Of a stretch of DNA of 64,000 nucleotides, positions 10,586 through 20,008 are shown piece after piece. A model generated the notes under the pieces. That model searched no databases and was not told the origin of the DNA. It saw nothing but the letters and a program-made list of their open reading frames with translations. A program made the position numbers and the translations under genes. The stretch spans positions 1-64,000 of the forward strand of contig JBCCWC010000005.1 of NCBI GenBank assembly GCA_039194325.1. The letters are read 5' to 3'. The stretch is from Myxococcota bacterium (GTDB lineage Bacteria > Myxococcota_A > Polyangia > Nannocystales > Nannocystaceae). Within the stretch, counting starts at the first letter, position 1; each line of letters begins with the position of its first letter.

Positions 10586-13480
10586 TCACCCGGTAGGCTT
10601 CGTCGAGCCGATCGCCGCGGGGTGCTCGGCCAACCAGGCGTCCACTTCGGCGAGGTTCTTCGCGTCGGCTCTCGCGTAGGCATCGCGGGCCTGCTCGGCG
10701 AGCCCACGCGCGCGTGCTCGCTGTGAGCGATCGCTCCAGGAGACGCGGGCGAGCACGAAACGAGCGTTGGCCACTCGCCCGGGCTCGACCTCGGCTACCT
10801 CGAAGATCGACACGGCACGCTCGGCACGCGCCCGCGCAACCACGCCGTCCTCTCGAGCGGCGGCGACCCGAGCCAAGCTGAGCAGAGTATCGGCCACGTC
10901 GGGATGGTCCGGACCCACCGCCTTCTCCCAGATCCCAAGTGCTCGCTCGAAAAGGGCACCGGCCTGCTCTAGTGCTCCCTGGGCCTCGAACACACGGCCC
11001 AGGTTGTGCGAGGTCATGGCCACGTAGGGGTGGTCGGGTCCCAGCTTCCTCTCCAGGATCTCGAGCGCTCGCTCGAAGTCCTCTCGAGCCTCCTCGTACT
11101 CTCCTTGTTCTCTGGACACCACGCCCATGTTGTTCAAGATCGACGCCAGGTTGGGATGGTCGGCCCCCATCGCCGCCTCACAGATCTGCAGTGCTTGCTC
11201 GTAGTACCGTCGGGCTCGCTCACCGTCTCCTTGATCGGCGATTACGTTGCCCAAATTGCTCAGCCCCACGGCCAGATCGGGATGATGAGCACCGAGCGCT
11301 TGCTCTTGTATCCGCAGCGCTCGCTCGTAGTATTGCTGGGCCTGCTCATACCCTTCTTGAAGGCGGATCGTGGTCCCCAAATTGTTCAGGGTCTTGGCGA
11401 TTGCCGGATGGTCGACGCCCCACTCCTGCTCCTGTATCCGCAGCGCTCGCTCATGGTACCGGCGGGCCTGCTCGAACTTACCCTGGCCGTAGAGCACCTG
11501 GCCCAAGCGAGTCTGGCCCTGGGCGATCTTGACTCGGCTACCACTACGCGTGGCGTGAGCCATAGCCGCTTGACCCCACGCCCACCCTTCGGCGTGTCGC
11601 TCCTGACGGACGCTGAGCACCTCGGTCAACTCATTGACCGCCCGGAATGCCACGTCATCGTGTCGATGCTCCATCGCCAGCGCGTAGGACTCCAATAGGT
11701 CGTCCTCCGCCTCGGCGAAGCGACCCATGCGCTCCCGGAGCGCTCCCCGGAGTCCCTTGGCCTCGGCTTGCAACGGCTCGTAACCCAGCGCTTCGGCTCG
11801 CATCACTACCCGATCCGCCTCGACCAGCCCCGACATATAGGTGCCGGCGTTCAGGGCCGTGTTGATGCCCACAAGCTGCACACGTAGCGCCTCGACCTTC
11901 CGCGCGACCTCTGGGTCTTCGGGCGGAGGCACCTCGGCCTGCAGCGCCTCCAGATCGTCACATCGCTCGAGTCCCGGCAGCCCGGCCACCAGCTTCACCG
12001 CGTTGCGCACCACCGTCGCATTGGCCACGGCGAGCGTGTCCACGGCCGCGCTCAGCGCTCTTTTGCGCTCGTACATGCAGCGCATGCGCAGGCCGAGCTC
12101 CTCGTCCCCGTAGATCTCCCGGACCCGCGTCGCCTCGCACACGTCGGTGTGCTTGCTCGCCCACGCCTCGGCGTACTGGTCCAGCCGGTCCTCGACCCGC
12201 ACCCAGGTCTCCGATGCATACGTCAGCTTCGTCCCCAAGAGCGCCGCCTTCACCTCCGGCTTGCGCTCCTCGTCCCACAGCCCGGCGAGCTCCGCCGCAG
12301 CCCCATCACAACGACCCGGCCTCGCCGTGTGCCATCCGGCCGCTAGCCCTCCGGCCAACGCGACCCCTGCGGACCCCGCAGCCACCGCCCCCAGCGCAGC
12401 CCATCGACGATGGCGCGGGCGACTGATCCGCCGTAGCTGCTCCAGCAGCACCAGCATCGACGGCCATCGGGCTCTGGGGTTCCGGGCCAGACCTCGCTCG
12501 CACACCTTGCGCAACCGATTGGGGACATCTCGCCCCTTCGGTGGCGAGCGCAGCACGCCATCGCGTGCATCGGGCATGAACGGTCGCTCGCCGTAGAGCG
12601 CCTCCCACAAGGTCGCGCAGAAGCTGAACTGATCCGCGGCCTCGGTGATCTTCGCCTCCTCGAATTGTTCGGGCGGCATGTAGGCTGGCGTCCCGACGAG
12701 GGAACCTTCTTGGGTCAACTCCGCCATCAGGACCCCCGAGCTCGAGGGGTTCCGACAGCCACCAGACGGTGTCGATACCTGCTCGCTCCCCACCCGCACG
12801 AGCCCGAAGTCCATCACCCGAGCGCGACCGTCATCGCCCACCATCACGTTGTCGGGCTTGAAATCACGATGCAGCAGCCCCGCGGCGTGGGCGGCCGCCA
12901 AGCCCTCACCTGCTCCGCGCATCACCTTCAGCACCTCGCGCCAGTGCCGAGGCTCTTTGAGCCAGGCGCGCAGAGTCTGGCCCTCCACCAGCTCCATGGC
13001 CAGCCACAGCTGGGCGCCGACCACCCCCACGTCATGGATCGCGACCACGTGGGGATGGGCGAGCTTGCCCAGCGCCTGGGCCTCGCGCATCAGCCGAGCT
13101 CGACCACGGTCGCCCGCGACTCCGGGCCGCAACACCTTGAGCGCGACCTTGCGATCGAGCTCGGGATCATAGGCGGCATAGACCACGCCCATCGCCCCGG
13201 CCCCGAGCTTGTCGAGCAGCACATGGCGTCCGACGACCGAGCCCGTCCCGATGGCGAGCCTACACCCGCGTTGGCCGCTCGCTCGACCAGGATCGGCCAA
13301 AGGAGCCAGCGGGCGGACCGGACGAGCCCGATCCGACGCCACCGGGGCCGAACGAACTCGGCTCGACGTCGCTCGCGCCGAGCGACCAATGCGGCGTCGT
13401 CGAGCCGACCGTCGCTCGACTTCACCCCGTGCGGTGGTTCGCACTCCGGACTCAACGTTCAGGGGATCGGTGTCGATCAA
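10586..13480 (-). CDS. Membrane Ser/Thr protein kinase with C-terminal 42-aa TPR array (copy 2, tandem paralog)
   Basis: Same motifs and architecture as 7474-10359, with long near-identical stretches. Start uncertain (TTG 13480). Confidence 0.93.
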   Translation of the reverse strand: MIDTDPLNVESGVRTTARGEVERRSARRRRIGRSARATSSRVRSAPVASDRARPVRPLAPLADPGRASGQRGCRLAIGTGSVVGRHVLLDKLGAGAMGVVYAAYDPELDRKVALKVLRPGVAGDRGRARLMREAQALGKLAHPHVVAIHDVGVVGAQLWLAMELVEGQTLRAWLKEPRHWREVLKVMRGAGEGLAAAHAAGLLHRDFKPDNVMVGDDGRARVMDFGLVRVGSEQVSTPSGGCRNPSSSGVLMAELTQEGSLVGTPAYMPPEQFEEAKITEAADQFSFCATLWEALYGERPFMPDARDGVLRSPPKGRDVPNRLRKVCERGLARNPRARWPSMLVLLEQLRRISRPRHRRWAALGAVAAGSAGVALAGGLAAGWHTARPGRCDGAAAELAGLWDEERKPEVKAALLGTKLTYASETWVRVEDRLDQYAEAWASKHTDVCEATRVREIYGDEELGLRMRCMYERKRALSAAVDTLAVANATVVRNAVKLVAGLPGLERCDDLEALQAEVPPPEDPEVARKVEALRVQLVGINTALNAGTYMSGLVEADRVVMRAEALGYEPLQAEAKGLRGALRERMGRFAEAEDDLLESYALAMEHRHDDVAFRAVNELTEVLSVRQERHAEGWAWGQAAMAHATRSGSRVKIAQGQTRLGQVLYGQGKFEQARRYHERALRIQEQEWGVDHPAIAKTLNNLGTTIRLQEGYEQAQQYYERALRIQEQALGAHHPDLAVGLSNLGNVIADQGDGERARRYYEQALQICEAAMGADHPNLASILNNMGVVSREQGEYEEAREDFERALEILERKLGPDHPYVAMTSHNLGRVFEAQGALEQAGALFERALGIWEKAVGPDHPDVADTLLSLARVAAAREDGVVARARAERAVSIFEVAEVEPGRVANARFVLARVSWSDRSQRARARGLAEQARDAYARADAKNLAEVDAWLAEHPAAIGSTKPTG

Positions 13481-13700
13481 CGAGGAGATAGGTCAGCCCT
13501 TCTGCAAGGTGCGCATGTGAGTCACCATCGACCCCGACCAGCATTCACATCCGGGGCAATTTCCCGAAGTGAATCACCGAGCCGAGCGAACGCGGCGATC
13601 AAACGTACGATTGCTCACAAATCACTAGTCAAGTTCAATCTCCGCTTCATCATCCGGGCTACCGTGGATTGCTCGTACTCCGTGCCGTAGGGTCGGCGCG

Positions 13701-15233
13701 ATGACGGGTCTGCACGGCGATCCAGACGCGGTGGTCATTGGCTCGGGCCCCAACGGCCTGGTCGCCGCGTGCGTGCTGGCGCGTGCGGGCTTGCGCGTGC
13801 TGGTGCTCGAGGCCAACCCCGATCGCCCGGGCGGGGCGGTGGGCTCGGTCCACAGCACCCGCCCCGGCTTCATCCACGACGTGGGCGCGGCGTTCTTCGC
13901 CTGGGGCACGCTCAGTCCGGCGTTTCGCGACCTCGATCTTACAGCCCACGGCCTGCGCTGGTGCCGAGCCGAGCTCGAGAGCTGCCATCCCGCACCCGAC
14001 GGCACCTTCGCGGCGATCTCCCGCGATCACGAGGTCTCGGCCCGCAGCTTTGGCAACCCGACCGACGGCGACACCTGGCGCCGGATCGCCACCTGGTACG
14101 GGCAGATCGAAGAGCACCTGCTGCCGATGCTGATGGAGCCCTTTCCCGCGGTCCGTCCCATGCTGCGGCTGCTCCCCCTGCACCTGCTGAAGGTGGGCCT
14201 CGTGTTTGCCTCACGGGGCAGCGCGCTGGCCCGCCGATGGTTCACCAGCGAGCCGGCCCGACGAGTGCTCCCCGGCCTGGCCCTGCACGTGGACGCCGGA
14301 CCCGACGACTGGTTCGGAGCCGCGCTGGGCTTCATGCTGGGCATGACCGCGACCACCGGCGGCTATATCGTCCCCGAGGGCGGCGCACAGGTGATCACCG
14401 ATACGCTCGTCCGGATCCTCGAGTCATACGGCGGTCGGGTTCAGCTGGGCGCTCGGGTCGACGAGGTGATCGTCCGTGGCGGTCGAGCATCCGCGGTGCG
14501 GCTGGCGAGCGGCGAGGAGATCCCCGCCCACCGAGCCGTGCTGGCCAACACCGACGCGGCGGCGCTGTTCACCAAGCTGGTCGACGCCTCGTACATCCCC
14601 AGCCGCCTGGTGAGCTTCGCCCAGCGCTACCCCCGTGGCTGGGGCACGTTCAAGGTCGACTGGGCCCTGAGTGCCCCCGTGCCCTGGGAGGTAGAGCCCG
14701 CTCGGCGCAGCGCCGTGGTCCACGCGGGCGACAGCCTCGAGGATCTATCCCGCTTCACCGCACAGGTCCGCCGCGGCGAGATCCCCGACAACCCCTACCT
14801 GGTGATCGGTCAGCAGAGCCTGGCCGATCCCACCCGAGCCCCCGAGGGTCACCACACCCTGTGGGCCTACTCCCGCGTGCCCCCGCGCGTGCCCGATGGA
14901 GGTTGGGCCGCCCATGCCGAGTCGTTCGCCGACCGGGTCGAGGCCCGCCTAGAAGGCCTGGCGCCCGGCTTCCGCCAGACTGTGCTCGCCCGATCGATCG
15001 TGGCCCCGCCCGACCTCGAGGCGATGGACGCCAACCTCGTCGGCGGCGATCTGGGCGGGGGCTCCAATGCCTGGCACCGCCAGCTGCTCAATCGTCCCTT
15101 GTTCCCGCACTTTCGCTACCGCATGCCGGTGGCGCGCCTTTACCTGTGCTCGAGCTACGCTCATCCGGGAGCCGGCGCGCACGGGATGTGTGGGTACAAC
15201 GCAGCCCGGATCGCGCTACGAGATCTGGCATAG
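13701..15233 (+). CDS. FAD-dependent oxidoreductase, phytoene dehydrogenase-like
   Basis: N-terminal 'VVIGSGPNGLVAA' Rossmann motif and C-terminal 'LYLCSSYAHPGAGAHGMCGYNAA'. Confidence 0.88.
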   Translation: MTGLHGDPDAVVIGSGPNGLVAACVLARAGLRVLVLEANPDRPGGAVGSVHSTRPGFIHDVGAAFFAWGTLSPAFRDLDLTAHGLRWCRAELESCHPAPDGTFAAISRDHEVSARSFGNPTDGDTWRRIATWYGQIEEHLLPMLMEPFPAVRPMLRLLPLHLLKVGLVFASRGSALARRWFTSEPARRVLPGLALHVDAGPDDWFGAALGFMLGMTATTGGYIVPEGGAQVITDTLVRILESYGGRVQLGARVDEVIVRGGRASAVRLASGEEIPAHRAVLANTDAAALFTKLVDASYIPSRLVSFAQRYPRGWGTFKVDWALSAPVPWEVEPARRSAVVHAGDSLEDLSRFTAQVRRGEIPDNPYLVIGQQSLADPTRAPEGHHTLWAYSRVPPRVPDGGWAAHAESFADRVEARLEGLAPGFRQTVLARSIVAPPDLEAMDANLVGGDLGGGSNAWHRQLLNRPLFPHFRYRMPVARLYLCSSYAHPGAGAHGMCGYNAARIALRDLA

Positions 15234-15271
15234 CAAAACCACGATCACCGCGTGGGGTAGCATCCGCACTC

Positions 15272-16477
15272 GTGGACCACACGAGCACGCGAGGGAGCGG
15301 GACATTCGGGACCAGAGTCGTCCGGTTGGGTGCCGTCCTGCCGTGGGTCTCGGTAGTGGGAACCCTCCTGGGTTGCACGCCTCCCACACCGAACGGACGG
15401 CAAGGTGAGCCCTCGGTCGTCCGGCAAAGCTCGAAGGGCAAGCGAAGCTCGCCCACGACGGTGGCGAGCGACTCGTGGGCCGAGCACCGATCGACGCGCT
15501 GTGGGTTCGCGGTGAAGCTGCCCGGCTCCCTCTCGCTACAGCCCACCCCGCCGGGCTTGCTCGATCAGCTTGCGACCGAGGACAACTTGGCCCAGATCGC
15601 CCTGCTCGCGTCGTGCGGCGACGTTCCCACGGCGGGCTCGCCCGGTGAATTCTTGGAGATCACGTCCGGGGTGATCGCCCGCCAACTCCACGCCACTATC
15701 GATCGCCGAGTCGAGCTCGATCGGCAGGGTCGCCCCGGGCTCGAGCTCATCATGAGCGTACCCGAGGCCAACAAGCCTCCGACGATCCCGTGGCCGGGCG
15801 ACCTCTCCTATCGATTGCGACTCTACGTGGCCGGCACCCGCCAGTACCAGCTGCATGCACTGCACGCCGCCGACTCCCCAGTGGACGACATGGTCGAGCG
15901 CTTCTTCGCCGGCTTCCGCCTGCTCGACGAGGCCCCCGCCGCCGCTCCGCCCCTGACCTGGAGCACCCACCGGATTGGGGACTTGACGGTCGAAGCCCCC
16001 GGCACCGCCCAGCCACTGCACGCGATGCTCGAAGGGCTGTTGACGAGCGTGAAGTTCGGGAGCCACGAGCGCTCGACCCCCTACGCGCTGAGCGTGTGGA
16101 CCCACGAGTTCCCCGGTGAGTCTGGCGAGCTCGACGATCCCACCCAACGGCTGCGCGCCCACTTCATGCTGCGGATCGCCACCGAGCACACCGAAATCAT
16201 CAAGGAGTCAGCGGGCACGCTCGCGGGACGACCCATGCTCGAGCTGGTCTATCGCCCGAACCTCCCGCTTCCCGATCACATCGCCCCCAAGGACGCACGG
16301 ATCCGAGACGAGGTCAAAGAACTCATCGAGCGTAATCCATCGGAGTTTCGTATGCGGCTGGTGCTGGCCGGCGACCGGATCGTGCAATTGCTCGTCGCCG
16401 GAGCGACCCCTAACGAGCCCGAGCCGGAGCGATTCCTCGACTCGCTGCGGCTCTCGACGCCCGACCAAGACCCCTGA
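15272..16477 (+). CDS. Hypothetical lipoprotein with two similar alpha/beta domains
   Basis: 3' part of the 13769 ORF with coding-like composition. Lipobox 'VVGTLLGC'. Two related halves ('FAVKLPG...ERFFAGFRL' and 'LTVEAPG...ERFLDSLRL'). Start at GTG 15272 is tentative. Confidence 0.7.
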   Translation: MDHTSTRGSGTFGTRVVRLGAVLPWVSVVGTLLGCTPPTPNGRQGEPSVVRQSSKGKRSSPTTVASDSWAEHRSTRCGFAVKLPGSLSLQPTPPGLLDQLATEDNLAQIALLASCGDVPTAGSPGEFLEITSGVIARQLHATIDRRVELDRQGRPGLELIMSVPEANKPPTIPWPGDLSYRLRLYVAGTRQYQLHALHAADSPVDDMVERFFAGFRLLDEAPAAAPPLTWSTHRIGDLTVEAPGTAQPLHAMLEGLLTSVKFGSHERSTPYALSVWTHEFPGESGELDDPTQRLRAHFMLRIATEHTEIIKESAGTLAGRPMLELVYRPNLPLPDHIAPKDARIRDEVKELIERNPSEFRMRLVLAGDRIVQLLVAGATPNEPEPERFLDSLRLSTPDQDP

Positions 16478-16537
16478 CCCCGCGCCTCGGCGCTCCCAAG
16501 TGCTAGCGCATGCTTTGAGCGAATTGGACCGCAACGG

Positions 16538-17752
16538 CTAGAGATCGAGGCCCTTGCCGGCGCACATGTCCTTGAGCTTGGTCTTGTCGGTGCCCTTGAG
16601 ACGCTTGAGCACCCAGTTAGCCTTGCTCCGGTCCTTGAGGCGACAGGCGGCCGGGCCCATGACCCACAGCGCATCGAGCGAAGACTTGGCCTTGTAGGAC
16701 TGCTTGGCCAGCCGATAGGCACTCGCGGGATCCCTATACTGATTGTTGCGAGCCTGATCGAGCAGTTGATCAGCATCCACATCGGGCTGCTTGGGCTGCT
16801 GCTTGGGCTGCTGCTTGGGCTGCTTGGGCTGCTTGGGTTGCTTGGGCCGGGGCTGCTTGGGCCGGGACTGCTTGGTGTCCGTTGCGGTCGACCCACCGTC
16901 ATTGGCCCCCGCTCCGTCGTCGGCGGCGGGCTGACCGCCATCATCGGCCACCGGCGCGGCCCCACCGTCGGCAGGACCGGGCGCGGCCCCGCCATCGGCC
17001 GCGGTGGGTACCTTCGCTCCGTCATCCGCCGGTCCATCACCACCATCTGCGGCCGGCGTGGGCTGCGGGAGCTTCGCCTTGGACTTGGTCTCCTGGTCCT
17101 GGCCCGAGGCGACTTCGCCCGATCCTTCCTTATTATTGTTGGAGTCGGAGCTGAGCATCCAGAAGATGCCGAGGGCCAGCACAGCCAACACCACCAGACC
17201 GAGGATCACCAGCAATCCCGTCTTGCTCTGACGTTCGGGTTCCTGGTAGCCGGCCGCGTGATACGGGGTGGCGGGGACCGGCCCCGAGTCGACCAGCAGG
17301 CCGCGAGGCGGCGGCGCGATCGGCTGTTGCCCCGATTGCAGCGCGGCGATCTCCTCGGGCGAGAGCCGGGGCAAGTCGGCGCTGGAGCTGACGAGCATGG
17401 GCTCGCTGACTCCGTCGTTGGCCGCTTGGCCGGAGCGGAAGTTCAGGGGGCTCTTGTCGACGTCCTCGGTGATCGCGAGGTGGTAGTCGCCGATCTCCAC
17501 GACATCGCCCTCGCGCAGCTTGGTGCGCCCGTCGACGGTGTCGTTGTTGACCTTGATGCCGTTGTAGCTACCGAGGTCTTCGATGATCCAGCCGTCGGAC
17601 TCGGGGTACAGCCGGGCGTGCCGCCGAGAGACGTTCTTCTCTGTGAGCTGAATCGTGTTGCCCTGCTGACGTCCAATGGTGATGGCGTCGCTAGCGAGGG
17701 GAACGACGGTCGTGGAACCCTCGTCATCCTCGATAATCAGGCGGAGGGACAT
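16538..17752 (-). CDS. FHA domain membrane protein with low-complexity linker and C-terminal helical domain
   Basis: FHA motifs 'IGRQQGN', 'VSRRHA', 'DLGSYNG'; TM 'LLVILGLVVLAVLALGIFWM'; ADGGA and QPK repeats. Confidence 0.9.
   Translation of the reverse strand: MSLRLIIEDDEGSTTVVPLASDAITIGRQQGNTIQLTEKNVSRRHARLYPESDGWIIEDLGSYNGIKVNNDTVDGRTKLREGDVVEIGDYHLAITEDVDKSPLNFRSGQAANDGVSEPMLVSSSADLPRLSPEEIAALQSGQQPIAPPPRGLLVDSGPVPATPYHAAGYQEPERQSKTGLLVILGLVVLAVLALGIFWMLSSDSNNNKEGSGEVASGQDQETKSKAKLPQPTPAADGGDGPADDGAKVPTAADGGAAPGPADGGAAPVADDGGQPAADDGAGANDGGSTATDTKQSRPKQPRPKQPKQPKQPKQQPKQQPKQPDVDADQLLDQARNNQYRDPASAYRLAKQSYKAKSSLDALWVMGPAACRLKDRSKANWVLKRLKGTDKTKLKDMCAGKGLDL
16784..16875. repeat. 9/12/15-bp tandem repeats encoding (Q)QPK / QPRPK
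   Basis: Repeated ttgggctgc(tgc) units inside the FHA gene. Confidence 0.85.
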
Positions 17753-17789
17753 CAAGGCCCCCTAGGTTAGAAACCAGCCCTGAAATCTG

Positions 17790-18821
17790 TCAAGACGGCG
17801 CAGCGGCAGGAGCCGAACCCAATCCGGTGTTCGGCCTCCCCGAAGGGGCCTCGGGGTCACTTTTTTGCACGGGATCACCTTGGGGCACCGTCGGCCCCGA
17901 AGGCTCACCGGCCCGGGCGCCCTGTGCGGCCAGGAGTCGTGAGACGGGGTACACCGCCACACCTTCGGCGTAGAGCTGGGGCAATCGGCGACGCAAGACC
18001 TCGACCACGGCCACCGAAGGGTGGGCAATGGCCACGACGGGCCGCTCGCGACTTTGTTGAGCCGCATCGTCCAGCGCCGCCCTGATGGCCTCGGCCGAGG
18101 GATCGTGATCGAGGAAGACGTCACGCGACAGCGTGGACACCCCGGCCGCGCACGCAACCGCTTCGGCCTGCGTGTCACCGATCGTGCGCGAGTCCAGGAA
18201 GAATAGCCCACGGGGGGCCAAGACCCCCATCACCTCCACCATGGCTTCCGGTTCCCGGGTGAGCGCCGATCCCATGTGGTTGTTGACCCCCACCGCCGCC
18301 GGGACCCGCGCCAGGGCGGCCTCGACCTTCGCCCGCAGCTGCACCGGTGTGTCGTCGATCCGCAGAAATTGCTCCGAAGCCTCGGCTCCTTGGTGCATCT
18401 TGGCGGGATCGCTCGGCTGCATGGGTAGATGGAGCATGATCTCGCGATAGCGCCGCCGATCCCCCCGCAGCCGCAGCTGCACCCCAGGGGCGTAGACAGA
18501 GCCGGGCAACACGCTGAAGGTCAACCGGTAGCGCAGCGCGAGCAGCTGGTCGAACAGGTGAAGCTCGCGACCCACATCGTCGATGACGATCGCGAGGTGA
18601 CCCTCGGCCTTGTCCCAGGGCAGCCAGCGATCGCCGTGGTCCTGTTGCCACTGCCGGGCGTCGCGAACGACCATGTCGGTCGTCCGCTGCATGATCGCCG
18701 CCTCGTGCTCGGTGGTCGTCGGCGGATCGGGAGGCGCAGGTGCAGCCAGCATGAGCACGCCGGCGACCGACAGCCAGACCATCAGGCTCCGGGGCAGTCG
18801 CGTAGGCGCGGCGATCCTCAC
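17790..18821 (-). CDS. Divergent polysaccharide deacetylase family protein (YibQ-like)
   Basis: Motifs 'LAIVIDDVG', 'MLHLPMQP', 'GVNNHMGS', 'FFLDSRT', 'RDVFLD', 'VAIAHP'. Start uncertain. Confidence 0.88.
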   Translation of the reverse strand: MRIAAPTRLPRSLMVWLSVAGVLMLAAPAPPDPPTTTEHEAAIMQRTTDMVVRDARQWQQDHGDRWLPWDKAEGHLAIVIDDVGRELHLFDQLLALRYRLTFSVLPGSVYAPGVQLRLRGDRRRYREIMLHLPMQPSDPAKMHQGAEASEQFLRIDDTPVQLRAKVEAALARVPAAVGVNNHMGSALTREPEAMVEVMGVLAPRGLFFLDSRTIGDTQAEAVACAAGVSTLSRDVFLDHDPSAEAIRAALDDAAQQSRERPVVAIAHPSVAVVEVLRRRLPQLYAEGVAVYPVSRLLAAQGARAGEPSGPTVPQGDPVQKSDPEAPSGRPNTGLGSAPAAAPS

Positions 18822-18886
18822 CCGCGTACCCTAGCAGCTCGATCTCGCGAGGGAGAATTTCGTTCGTGGGCGACCGATAGCTCCCG

Positions 18887-20008
18887 TCACCGCGCGAGCC
18901 GTCGCCACAGCGCCTCTACGGGCCCCACCCCGAAACGTCGTAGCCACCACCGGCTCATCTGCCGCTGGGTCCACGCCTGCACCACCACCAGCAGCACGAT
19001 GAACGTGGGCCCCACCCGTCCCCACAGGCCCAGGCCGTAACCGCCATAATCATAGAAGATCGCGATCCCGAGGACCGACTGGAGCAGGTAGTGGGTCAGC
19101 GACATTCGACCGGCCGGCGAAAACCACAGCCACGGCCGCAGGGTCAGCCATGCCGCATAGGCCACCGCCAAGGCCGGCACGCCGAGCGCCGCGAGCACGA
19201 CCTCCAGGGTGGTCCCCGGCCCGAGCCCCGCACGCACGATCTCTAGCGGTAGCCCCACGACGAGCCCGAGCGTCGCCACCCGCCGCAGCCAGGGGCGGGA
19301 CGCTCGTGGGCTCGCCACCACGCCGCGCCGGACCGCATAGACGCCCAGCACGAACATCCCCGCGAGCTTGAACAGCCGCCCCTCCTCCAGGGCGAGGATC
19401 CACCGCATCTCCAAGAAGGCCGCGTTGGCGATCAATACCTCGGAAACGCTGCCCTCGCCAAACGCACCGAGCAAGCTGCTGGGGCCCAGGCTCGCCTCGG
19501 TCGGCGCGTCGAGCACTCCGAGCACTCCGCTCACTCCGAGCATTCCGCTCACTCCGATCATCATGGCGTGCTGGACCACGGGCGCCGCCAAGCAAGCGAA
19601 CGCCACCACCAGCAAGCCCCGCGACGACAGCCGGCGACTAAGCGGCAGCAGCATCCCCACCACCGCGTAGAGCCCCAGGATGTCGCCGAACCACAGCAGG
19701 CTGGCATGCAGCGCGCCCAGGACCAGCAGCACCCTCATGCGCCGGTGCCAGCTGCGGGGACCCAGGCGCGGGCGCAGCAGCTCGTACCCCACGCCGAACA
19801 ACAACGCGAAGAGCGAGTAGAGCTTGGCGTCCACCAGCACGTGGATCACCGTGCGCACCGCCGGATCAAGAGCCGCGGTGCTCAACGCCTGCCGGGCCGA
19901 AGGCTCTTGCACCGCATAGCCACAAAACCACGTGAGGTTGACCAGGGCGATCCCGGCCAGCGCCACTCCGCGGAGCGCATCGAGCCACGGCCAACGCTCG
20001 TGTGTCAC
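18887..20008 (-). CDS. DUF418 (YeiB-like) membrane protein
   Basis: 'LDALRGVALAGI', 'KLYSLFALLFGVG', 'WFGDILGLYA', 'AGRMSLTHYLLQS', 'GPVEALWRRL'. GTG start overlaps the MFS stop (GTGA). Confidence 0.85.
   Translation of the reverse strand: MTHERWPWLDALRGVALAGIALVNLTWFCGYAVQEPSARQALSTAALDPAVRTVIHVLVDAKLYSLFALLFGVGYELLRPRLGPRSWHRRMRVLLVLGALHASLLWFGDILGLYAVVGMLLPLSRRLSSRGLLVVAFACLAAPVVQHAMMIGVSGMLGVSGVLGVLDAPTEASLGPSSLLGAFGEGSVSEVLIANAAFLEMRWILALEEGRLFKLAGMFVLGVYAVRRGVVASPRASRPWLRRVATLGLVVGLPLEIVRAGLGPGTTLEVVLAALGVPALAVAYAAWLTLRPWLWFSPAGRMSLTHYLLQSVLGIAIFYDYGGYGLGLWGRVGPTFIVLLVVVQAWTQRQMSRWWLRRFGVGPVEALWRRLAR

Noticed and set aside
13769..15271. 902-aa ORF 13769-16477 as one gene
   Set aside because: The first ~500 codons are an Arg/Pro/Gly-rich shadow frame over the oxidoreductase; only the 3' part looks coding.
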